This document shows positions 13,101 through 24,762 of a stretch of DNA of 64,000 nt, piece by piece (position 1 is the stretch's first letter; every line of letters starts with the position of its first letter). The stretch covers positions 31,560,001 through 31,624,000 of the forward strand of contig CM059432.1 in assembly GCA_030390025.1 (NCBI GenBank), in the 5' to 3' direction. Source of the stretch: Squalus acanthias. Its lineage: Eukaryota. The position numbers and the translations under genes were made by a program. The notes under the pieces are model-generated. The model was not told where the DNA came from. It saw only the letters and a program-made list of their open reading frames with translations, and ran no database searches.

Positions 13101-16100
13101 GTCTGGACGATCAGTGTCGGCAGGTTATTTGACCATGAAAAACGGAGGGGGGTTATCACAGCTGTTCCTGTCCTCACCCGATCTTCCCACATGCATACTA
13201 AAAGGCTCCCCCAGTAGTTTGATGGGTACATACACTGTGAAGTACTGAAGCAAACAAACCAGGAATGTCCGAGGTTTGATCCCTAGTCTGTACTGTTAGC
13301 TGGTTTCAATCGGCATAGCAGTTGGGTCAGTCTAAGTGGGCACCTTTTTCTCCGTTCAGGTAAGATTGAGAAAACACAGGGTTCCTGCTCTTGACTACAA
13401 TCCAGTGACCCCTTTCTAGAAATTTCAGATGTGGATGTCAGGGGAGGATTTGACTGAGCTTGTGGCTCAGCACAGTTGACCAGCCTGTCAAACTTCCTAT
13501 TGCACCCTTGCCTCTGCCAGCTCCACCCAAGCGTCTGCCTGTTGGCAGTCTTCCATTCTGATTTGCTGTACAGTCCCAATGTTCCAGTTCCATTCTTCCT
13601 CTTGTTTTGTCCCAGTTGAGACTCAATCCATCACTTTCCAAGACCCTGTCAATCATAGTCTCACCATCAAAACACTCAAGTTATTGTATACAGGTCGCCA
13701 CCATTACTTCTGTGTTGGTGAATTACCCTCTGCCTCCACCAGCTTCTCGTCATTGTCAACCTATTTAAACTGTCCCATACAAATGAGGGAGGCCCTTCAG
13801 TCAATCTGACTCAGCCTCCCACACAAACCTACGGTTCCAATACCATAGCATCCAACTGCCTGTTGAATGTCTCTCAAGTTTGTGTGATCCCTACCCTACC
13901 TGAAGATCAGGTATTGATCACCTGTTTTCTGACATCAATCCTGAACTTGTCATTTACCTGTCCACAGTACTGGCAGGCAGTCTGCATGAAATTCTTACCT
14001 TTGAAGTTGAAGCATTCATCGGGATAACTCTTCGCAAGTCCAGGCTGGCAGAAAGGCGGGCTGTGATTTTTGAAAATAAAACATGAAAAGATAACAAAGA
14101 GTTAATAAATCAGAAGACGACATTTCAAATCCTTAAGCATTACTGTAAATTGTTTTAAAAGATTTTAATATTTAACATTTTTGAATCCTTAGTAAGAATT
14201 CCTCTGGCCACTATGTGCAGTGGCATCAAAAGTACATTTAGGTTTGAACACATTTACAAATGAATTGGAAATGCATTACAAAGGAAATGCTCACAAACGC
14301 ATTTACTATATCACCATACATAGCAACCAGAGGAATCCTTGCTCTACCTTATTCCTGGAGATGATTATTTCAGACTCGAGCAGCGCAAGGTTAGGAAGCA
14401 GGAAGGAAGAAAACTTAAATAAGTAAGTTCCTCAGTGACCCTGATATACAATAGCTCATCCAGAGTTCCCACTGCTTATTCCTATCCAGTGATCACAACT
14501 AGAAAGTCACATGGGGACAAATTTGGGCTCGGCTGTGATTTTCCCAACCCCCACCCTACCCCCAATCGATACTCATCGTTTTGGCTCCCTTGTCAGGGAG
14601 GCCCTTTGGTGATGGCTGCCAGTGCCGATGGAATCGTAGCTCATCATGAATCAATGCCTCCTGGGGGGTGGGGGTGGGGCAGGGTTATAATTTGGTCCTT
14701 CTTTATTCAACATTAAGAATAACTATCTTTCTTCCATTACCCAGTCATCCTGGGTCCAACAGCAGTTCAAGGTAAGAGGGATAGGCAACTGCTAAGTATT
14801 AGGTCAGTGTCACTCTTAAGTAGTCCTGGGGATGACATTCTCTGAGGCTTCCACTTTCTCCCTAATGGGAGATATCTGATCTCCACTTAGCATTCTCCCC
14901 TCCCCAGCAAAATGGCTGTGATTGAGAAATCTTTAGTTACTAACGCACAATCATCACTCTTTTAGGACACCAAATTGTACATCTCTCCAATTTTCCTTCA
15001 ATCATATTCATTTTTGGTAACCTTTCTTCAAGGTATTTGAAGTCCAGTCGCTCAAGCAACAGTGCGTTGGATTCCAAACCTTGTTGGCACCTCCGTCAAG
15101 AGGTTTTGTCACTTGCTTGCAGGACACTGTACGAAGAGATGTACTGCTATTGACTTTTTCTTCTCAGGAAGGGTAAATTTTTTTATATACAAGTAAACTA
15201 GGTGACAGGCCAAGGCCTATAGTGCAGGACAATGCAAGACTGAAAGATAGAATTGGAGAGGAAATTATATAAATCAAGTTAGTGGTCAGATGGCATCGAG
15301 CTTGGGTTTCAAAAAATTCTAGAGTGTTCAATCTGTTATTAGGGACATCGGCCTAGAAATTGGATAAGGCCCGAAAACGGGTGGGAGCATTGCACAGCGC
15401 TATGTGCCCGCGCCCATTCAAAGTGGTAAACTAGGTGAGCATGCAAAATTCGTGCTGCCTGCTCATTATAATGATTGCAGCCTGATCTCAGGGCTAAACG
15501 CGCTGCTGATTGGCTTAGCGCTCAACAGGGGGGCCAATATCGGATGCAGTCTACTGGCCAATAAAGATTGCCCTAGGTTCTCTGAACTACTTAAAGGAGA
15601 GGTGCTTTGTTGCTGAAGCGAAAGGGATAGAAAATTTTCCTATGCAGCACTGGAGGCCTTGGTCCTGGGGGTATAAAGACACCGTCAGGTCCCCTACCCG
15701 CAGGGGGGCAGCAGGCCTTCAAGGCTGAACACCAGAAGGGTGTGAGAGGAGACTGTTCACGCCGTCACTGCAATGAGTGTTGTCCCCAGGACCTGGATCC
15801 AATGCCGCAAAAGATTTAATGACCTCACTCGAGTGGTCAAGGTGAATGAATGCATCATCAAATGCCATATCCCACCATCTGCACCACAAGCCTCACACAC
15901 TGCTCAATGCACCACACCCCCATCACTCACCTACCAACATTCTTCACCAATCACCGCTCATACCTCACAATCATAGCTTCACTTCGCCCTCACACCACTA
16001 CTGCAAGACTCACACCCACATCTCACACATTGCACACACTACCAGCTATTGAACCATGGCAGGCACATCACCCAAACACATTGCACCACACTCATTGACA

Positions 16101-19100
16101 CACTTCCCCTTCTATTGCAGACAAGGTGGCGCACAACTGCTGGGAGCACCAGCAGATGGGTGGAAGGCAAGCCAGACTTCACGGAGCTGGAGGAAGCAGT
16201 TCTCGAAATAATTGGGGGGGCAGTCAAAGAGGCGAGCGGGGAAGTGGAAAGCATTGCAATGGACAAAGAGAAAGAGAGAGAGAGAAGAGAAAAAGAAACT
16301 GCTTCAGCTAATCTTGCCTTGTGGAAGTGCATCTTCAACTTTGATCAATAAGTAGTCCTCAACCACCAAGACAAATACAAAGGATGAATCATGACAAAGA
16401 AGGGTGTTTTCACCCCAAGAAACGTATAGATGAAGAAGGCCCTTCAATCCATTTGATCTCATCATTCCAGAATACCAAACAACCATCTTTCTTTTTACAG
16501 CATTAATGTCAACATGAACAGGACATTGGCTGAATGTTTCATTCAAAGGACGGCACCTATGATAGTGCAGCAGTCCCTCAGTACTGTACGGGAGCGTCAG
16601 CTTAGATTACGGTGTGGGACTTAAACCTACAACCTTCTGACATTGATGTGACAGTGCTACCAACTGAATCAAGCTACAGGAGAAGAGAGAATAGGAAACA
16701 AAAGCAAAGATCGTTTTTTTAATAAAAGGCAAAACACAACAATTCAAACACTGATGCTATCCAATTTGTTTTCCACAGCTGCAAGTATCTACCTGTCTAT
16801 TGATCTGTCCAGTGACTGACAACTTCCAGACAGTGATGCTTCAGCACTGCTGAACGGGTCCAACACCTGTGGTCAGAAAGAAAAGTAAACTTTGAGAAAC
16901 AGCCATCCTTGTGATCTTGCAGTTAAGAGATCTACAGATTAAACAAATTTCTGCTTCCACACTGCAACTACAGATGGGAATAAATGTAGAATAAAAGGTC
17001 AACTGAAAATGTTTGTACCTTTTGACCCTGGAGGGAATCCACTGGAATAAAAGGATGCAACTGTATAAATCTGTAAATTCTTTCTTGATAGATTAAAACC
17101 AGTGCCAATGTTATAGTTACACTCTTACCTTGCATGGGCTACAGTCTCCCCAAGGTATTTCTGTAAATAGTGGAACTACAGCAAGATAACCCAGCAAGCA
17201 GAAAGGTCTTCACCTGTGTGGAAAACATTACCTCTCTCATCCTGCTCTTTGGAGCCATGCACACACAAACTACTTTGGCAACTAAAGAGAATGGTTTTAT
17301 TTCTAATCATCTGCAACGATGAAGGTCCACCCACAACTACGAATGATTTATGGGATAATATGTACACAGGCCATTCATTCTCTGTCAATCAGCTGCATTT
17401 ATTTTGATAAATCTGCACTGCATATATATCACAATTGGTTCATTCTTTGATATGGATGTAATCACACATCACCTACTTGAAGCGAATTCAGTGATCATCA
17501 ACCCCTGCACTGTTACAGATATCAAGCATATTTGGCAATGCAGTGGGTAACGTGGAAGAAGAGTGCAGGAAACCAGTACATTTTGTTACCTAAATATCCC
17601 CTCATTCTTAGTTTTGAGGCCATTTAGGTGTCAGCCGTCGCTCAGTGGTAGCACTCTCATCTCTGAGTCAGAGGTTGCGGGTTCAAATCCCACTCCAGAG
17701 ACGAGCACAAAATCTAGGCTGACACTCCAGTGCAGTACTGAGGGAGTGCTACACTGGTGGAGGTGCCGTCTTTCAGATGAGACATTAAACCAATGCCTTG
17801 TCTGCCCTCTCAGGTGGACATAAAAGATCCCATGGCACTATTCTGAAGCGGAGATGCCGGTGTTGGACTGGGGTGGACAAAATTGAGAGGTCGCACAACA
17901 CCAGGTTATAGTCCAACAGTTTTATTTGAAATCACAAGCTTTCGGAACTATCGCTCCTTCCTCAGGTGAAGTAAATTGGATACAGAATCGTCAGAGCATA
18001 TATAGATGGAAAAAAAAGCATGTGTACTTTACAATTGCAGACCAATAAATTAAATCATCCTGACTATCTGCCGAGGTGTGATAAAGTTAATTAAGTCAGC
18101 CAGGAAGGTACCACATCAAAAGACATAGCAAGATACAACTGAGACAATGAGGTGAAGTCGCAGGGGTTCTAACGTGTCAAAAGCTGCCGTCTGTATGTAA
18201 AACGAAAAGCTTTAAAAAAAAAAATTTACTTTTTTACTGGGAAAATTTTTACTTTTTTACTGGGAATCACATCTGTGAACAAGCTAACGACGACTCGAGT
18301 CCGGATCACGTCATGTATCGTGACATAAACGATCTTGGGTTTATGTCACGATACATGACGTGATCCGGACTCGAGTCGTCGTTAGCTTGTTCACAGATGT
18401 GATTCCCAGTAAAAAAGTAAAAATTTTCCCAGTAAAAAAGTAAATTTTTTTTTTTAAAGCTTTTCGTTTTACATACAGACGGCAGCTTTTGACACGTTAG
18501 AACCCCTGCGACTTCACCTCATTGTCTCAGTTGTATCTTGCTATGTCTTTTGATGTGGTACCTTCCTGGCTGACTTAATTAACTTTATCACACCTCGGCA
18601 GATAGTCAGGATGATTTAATTTATTGGTCTGCAATTGTAAAGTACACATGCTTTTTTTTCCATCTATATATGCTCTGACGATTCTGTATCCAATTTACTT
18701 CACCTGAGGAAGGAGCGATAGTTCCGAAAGCTTGTGATTTCAAATAAAACTGTTGGACTATAACCTGGTGTTGTGCGACCTCTCACTATTCTGAAGAACA
18801 GGGGAGTTCTCCCCGGTGTCTTGGTCAATATTTATCCGTAAACTAACATCACTATTACAGATTATCTGGTCATTATCTCATTGCTATTTCTGGGGCATCA
18901 CTGTGCTCAAATTGGCTGCTGTGTTTCCCTACATTAAAACAGTGACTCTTAAATGTGTTCAAGTTTTCATTAGAAATAAGGGGCAGAGGAAATCATCACG
19001 AATGCATTTACAATAAATTACGCAGAGGAATTTTCGTCCCACTGCTTATGGTTGCTTCTTATATATTTATCAACTGCCATTGATCATGCTCAAAACAACA

Positions 19101-22100
19101 TAATGCTGTTTCAATTCTATTCAGTAACTTTGATTCCAGATCACAGTGTAAACTTGGCTCTGTTGATAACACTCTTGCCTCTGAGTCAGTGGATTATGGA
19201 TTTAAGCCCCAGGATTTGAGCTCACAATCTAGGCTAACACTTCAGTGCAGTACTGAGGTGTTGCTATATTGCCGGAGCTGCTGTCTTTCAGATAGCATTT
19301 GTCTGTTCAACTAGTTCAAGTGGATATTAAAGGTTCCACTGCATTATTCAAAAAGCGGGGAGTTCTCCTGCTGTTTCGGCAACACACCGGCTTCAAACAC
19401 CACAATAAACAGATCAACAGGTCCTCCATGTCATTTGCTGTTTGTGCTATTTACAAATTGGCTGCTGCATTTGCCTACATAACAACAGTGACTACACCAC
19501 TTCCCACCATTTGCCAATCTGAGTAATTACCTTTAACCTCTACTCCCTGTTTTGTAGCCAGCTTGCTATCCATTCTGCTACTATTCCCTTGACTTCACAT
19601 GTTCTGACCTTATTCATGAGTCTACTATGCGGTACTTATCGAAGACTATTTGGAAATCTAAATATACTACGTCTACTGAGTTACCCTTATCTACCCTTTT
19701 TGTTACTTCTTCAAACAATTCAGTAAGGTTGGTCAAGCATGACGTTCTCTTTTGGAATCTGTGCTGAATACTCTATTATAGTTTCAGTTTCTAGGTGTTC
19801 TAGATAAATCTGCTATGTATATAGAGAGACTAAAATCAATTAAACAAACCCTACAATCATTGCTTATCCAATCATGTGAGCTAACTCCCACTTCCCATTC
19901 CCTCTAACCCACCCTCAGTGGCTGCTCTTACAGTCACTATGTCCCTGCCCTCCTAAACACCATTTAACACCTCCCACCCTGCTTTCCAAAGCCCTTCTCT
20001 TTCATTATACTTTCCTCCCTAATTCTCCCAATCTCTTTGCTCCCCCTCACCCTCTTGGTTTCCGCTTTTGTCCTCTGTGCTATAAAGCACCAAGATGATT
20101 TTCTGTATCTGAGAGATACAAGATGCTATTTAATCACTGGTCTGTCTGTTAATAGTGGCAGAGAAAAAATGGGAATTGGTAAGCAGTAACTCATCAAATT
20201 TGTAGGGGCCGATTTTATGATATTGCACGTCCTACGGGGAGTACATCTCTGGGTTTCAGGGGCACACCCATCATGATTTTCCATCCATTTAATTTAATAA
20301 AAGGAAATAATGGGGTGCATGCCTGAATTCCCAGCAGCCAAAGCACCTTGCTGCAAACGCAATTTCATAAAACTGGCAGTGTTGTGAGGGGACAAGTCTA
20401 AGAGAAGGTGTACTCAGATTAAATCAGAAATAATCTTGATAAACTGCTCACATTTCAATCATGTGGTCTAATTTTTCCATGTAATGCACTGCAGACTGCA
20501 CGTCGCCTTACATTATAAAAGCTGAATATCGACATTAAGTACAAACCCTTCCAAACCTGAAAGTGAAGTAAAGTAAAGGGCTGGATTTTCAATGACCCGT
20601 GGAGTCGGGTTTGGAGGGGGGGGGGGGGTTAAAGTTGCAGATTCGGGGGTCCCAACCTCATCCCGACTCCATCCCGCCTCCATGCCAGTTTCTCTGGCGG
20701 CGGGTACCCGACCTGGTCTGAGACCCGACTCCCCGAGGCGGGAAGGGATTAGTGACAATTAACTGCCTGTTAACAGGTAGTTAACAGGCAGTTTTTTGCA
20801 TAATCCCTATTTTCAAAAGAAAAGTGTGGGCTTCCCGACAGGTGGCAACCACTCCAAGTTATCGGGGCGGGCCGTGGGTCTGCAGGGGTTGGAGGGGTCG
20901 ATATATCCGGTGGGCAGGTGAGTGATGGGTGCATGTGTGCAGAGGTAAGTGTGTAAGGTAAGTGCGAAGTGTTGGAAAAAGTTTCACTTACCTTAACTTC
21001 CTCCTGCAGGTGTCAGCCCTTCAGTTCTCGGGAGTTAGAAATCTCACCGGCACAGAAAGCAGGAAAGCCGTGGACCTGTCAAAAACAGCAGCCTTCTATT
21101 TTCTGTGCTGGAATGATTTCTAACTCAGCCTGAAAGGAAGGACTGAAGTTAGAAATCATATTGTGAGTGTTTCACAGCTTCACAGAGCTGTCAAACGCTG
21201 ATATTTCATCTGTCAAAAGCTCTTGACAGATGAAATGTCAGTCTGTGACGTCACCTGTTGCCGGGTGGCCCTTAATTGGCCTGCTGAGCCCACTGGGCGG
21301 GCTCAACAAGGTCAATCAAGGGAAAATACAGTGGGTTGGCCACATCTCGACGGAGGCGGGTTCACAAGCCAGAATGTGTGATTCCCGACCCCAACCCGAC
21401 TCCAACTTCAAAATCCAGCCCAAAGAGTCCGCTGGAAATAATGTTGAGGCACCACAGCAGAATTCCAATGACCATACAGCTATAGGACGAGCGTTCATCC
21501 CCACACAGTGGGGGTAATTTCTGCTTTGGGCGATAGTGCAAAACAGGCGATATTGGATCAGCAACCCATTATACATTTCTTCCGATTGAAGACAATGGAA
21601 ATTAAAATCGGGAAAGATGTGTTAAAATCAGAAAAAAATTAAAATCAGGTGGCTGATCCGATATTGCCTGTTTTACACTATCAACCAAACTCGAAATTAC
21701 CCCACGTGAGTTTTTATCAAAATCCCTTCCTCAGGGTCTCACCCGATATATTAACCTATGTTTTTCTTGCAAATCTTGGCTTTTTTTTTAAATTTGTTCC
21801 TGGGATGTAGGCTTGTGGTGAAGGTACTCCCATAGTGCTGTTAGGGAGGGAGTTCCAGGATTTTGACCCAGCGACGATGAAGGAACGGCGATATATTTCC
21901 AAGTCAGGATGGTGTGTAACTTGGAGGTGAACTTGGAGGTGATGGTGTTCCCATGTGCCTGCTGCCCTTGTCCCTCTAGGTGGAAGAGGTCGTGGGTTTG
22001 GGAGGTACTGCTGAAGAAGTCTTGGCGAGTTGCTGCAGTGCATCTTGTAGATGGTACACACTGCAGCCATGGTCCGCCGGTGGTGGAGGGAGTGAATGTT

Positions 22101-24725
22101 TAAGGTGGTGGATGGGGTCCACCATGGGTGGTGGATGGCTGACCTACTGTGTAATTCCAGCATTTACTGCTTTAAGACAAGAATATGTAGGACATACAGT
22201 TCTTCTCATATAATCATTATTGCATCAAGAAATTTACTTTCACCGGATATAAACGTGTGTCGCCAGCCTCTGCGTATAGTGCAGAGTGATCTGGCAGGTA
22301 GAATGACCCTTACGTTTTGCTCCAAAGTCTCTGGAATGAATTCTCCCTCACTATGGATGCTGGTGTAAGATCCTTGACGTGCAAACTGCTGCTGTCCGTC
22401 AGGGACGCTCCCAGGAGGAGGCGAGCTACGACCAGTATGCAGGGAACCTGTGGCAATTAGAACGAATGAAAAAATATTGAGGAGCTTACTTGCTTTTATG
22501 AAAAACTTTTGCAATAAAAAAACCCCACCAGTGTTCAGTCTGAAGATCTCCCCAGTGACACACATGCTTGTTACTCTGCTTATGTTAGAGGTGTTAATCT
22601 GGTTTGATGTGCAGCGTAGATTCACCAGAATGATACGGGGGGGGGTTAAAGGATTAAATTATGAGGACAGGTTGTATAAGCTTGGCTTGTATTTATATTC
22701 CATTGAGGGGTGATCTATTTGAGGTGATTAAACTGATAAATGGATTCGATAGGGTTGATAAGAGAATCTATTTCCTCTGGCGCGGGAATCCAGAACAAGG
22801 GTGCACAATCTTAAAATTAGAGGTAGGCCATTCAGGAGTGAAATCAGGAAGCACTTCTTCACACAAAGGGTGGTGGAAATCTGTCACTCTCTTCACCAAA
22901 AGACCGTGGAATGCTGGGGCAATTGAAGCTTTTAAGACAGAGATCAATAGATTTTTGTTAGGTAAGGGTATCAAGGGATATGGAACACAGGCGGGTGAAT
23001 GATTTGAGGTATAGCTCGGCTCTGATCTAACTGAATGACAGAACAGGCTCGGGGGTTGAATGGCCTATTCCTGTTCCTATGTTATAGATTGCAGGGGAAT
23101 TGACTTCTCTATGTGGGGGGTGCAGGGTGAAGATTAAGCTCACTGATGCTGTCTACAGCATCATAAATAGTGCATAAAGTGACCGCCAGAACCAATTAGA
23201 AATACTTGGAGATAGCTTCCACTGGCGTTTCCGCAGGACCACCACCAGGAGCACTGGCAGCCAGATTTTCTATCCGCAGGTGAGCAGTGTGGTCTGCCCA
23301 ACTTTGCGTAGGCTAATGGTAAAGTTGCATCGATTGCTGCAACGGGAAAGTAACTAGTTACTTTCAGAAGACTGCGTACGTGTGCTTGCTCATCCGTTGC
23401 TTGCTGGTGCTGCAGAATCAGGCCCATGACATAAAACAGGTCTGAGTTGTAAGGGGTAAATTTGGGACAGATAATAAAAATAACCTACATTTATATAGCG
23501 CCTTCAACATAGAAAAAACGATCCCAAGGCACTTTACTTAGGCATAAAGAAAACGGAAGGAAGGTGACCAACAGCTTGGTCAAAGAAGTGGGTTTTAATA
23601 AGGAGGAGAGGGAGGTGAACGTATTTAGGGGAGTATTCCAGAGAGTGGGACCTAACTAGCTAAAGGAGGGATGTCAAGGAGTTTGGAGAGGGGGGTGCAG
23701 AGAGGGTGTAAGGGCATGGAGGGATTTAAAGACAAGAATAACATTTTTTAATTTGAGGCACTGGAGGACCAGGAGCAAATACTGTTCAGCGATATCCGAA
23801 GTGATGGCAAGTGAGACTTAATGCAGGATAAGATATCAGCAGCAGAAGGGGTTAATTAATAACCTTGTAGTAAAGGTGATTTAGGGAAGAGTGACCATAA
23901 TATGATAGAATTTTATATTGAGTTTGAAAGTGATTTAGTTAAATCTGAAACTAGGATCTTCGATCTAAACAAAGCAAACTACGTAGGTATGAGGGACGAG
24001 TTGGCTAAGGGAGATTGGGAAACTACATTAATAGGTATGACAGTAGACAAGCAATGGCTAGCGTTTAAAGAAATAATACATAATTTACAACAAATATACA
24101 TTCCTTTAAGGCACAAAAACCCCACAGGAAAACTGGTCCAATCGTGGCTAACAAGAGAAGTTAAAGATAGTATTAGATCAAAGGAAGAGGTTTATAGTGT
24201 TGCCAAAAAAGTAGTAAGCCTGAGGATTGGGAGAATTTTAGAATTCAGCAAAGGAGGACCAAGAAATTGACAAGGAAAGAGAAAAAAGAATATGAGAGTA
24301 AATTAGCAAGAGACTTAAAAATAGATTGTAAACGTTTCTATAGGTATGTAAATAGGAAGAGATTAGTGAAAGTAAACGTGGGCCCATTAGAGGCAGAGAC
24401 AGGAGAAATTATAATGGGCAATAAGGAAATGGCAGAGACATTAAACAAATACATTGGGCTGGATTTTGATACTGGGGCGGGTTGGGGTCGTGTCATCCGC
24501 ATTTCGTGTTATCCACCCGCCTGCAATTGGATGTGGGAGATTGATGCAATTTTCACTTAATTGGGCAATTGAGTTCCAGCATGTGGGAACCCATGAACCA
24601 ATTAGTAGTTTTAGTCTGAAAGTCGCCTCTGATGATGTTATCATTGCAGGTCAGAGACTGCCTGGTTTCAGAGATTGCCTGGCCTTTGCTGTGAGAGGAC
24701 CTGGATGTAAAATGAGCAGCATCTC

Positions 24726-24762
<37 letters not shown>

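Larger units (their letters stand above)
17849..18785 (+). mobile_element. Penelope-like element, 5'-truncated with inverted pLTR (palindrome, 447-bp arms), inserted in a Deu-type SINE
   Basis: Arms 17884-18330 and 18339-18785 are reverse complements around the spacer GATCTTGG. An extra 35-bp tail occupies 17849-17883. TSD CACTATTCTGAAG at 17836-17848 and 18784-18796. From 18331 the + strand reads [10 protein letters not shown], resembling the C-terminus of vertebrate PLE RT/GIY-YIG ORFs. Each arm has a hammerhead motif. Confidence 0.88.
17630..18950 (+). mobile_element. tRNA-derived Deu-domain SINE (SacSINE1-like), split by the PLE palindrome
   Basis: A/B-box head GCTCAGTGGTAGCAC...GGTTCAAATCCC; body TAAAAGATCCCATGGCACTATT..GAAG...AGATTATCTGGTCATT...AAATTGGCTGC. 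Related copies at about 12215-12560(-), 19150-19500, 28020-28385, 42120-42345(-) and 52400-52670(-). Confidence 0.75.

Noticed and set aside
17636..17700. tRNA gene
   Set aside because: The A/B boxes run directly into a SINE body; this is a tRNA-derived SINE head.
17884..18785. Palindrome as a DNA transposon TIR pair or an assembly artefact
   Set aside because: The 13-bp TSD, one-sided tail, hammerhead, ORF end at the fold point and sister copies with different arm lengths fit a Penelope-like retroelement better.
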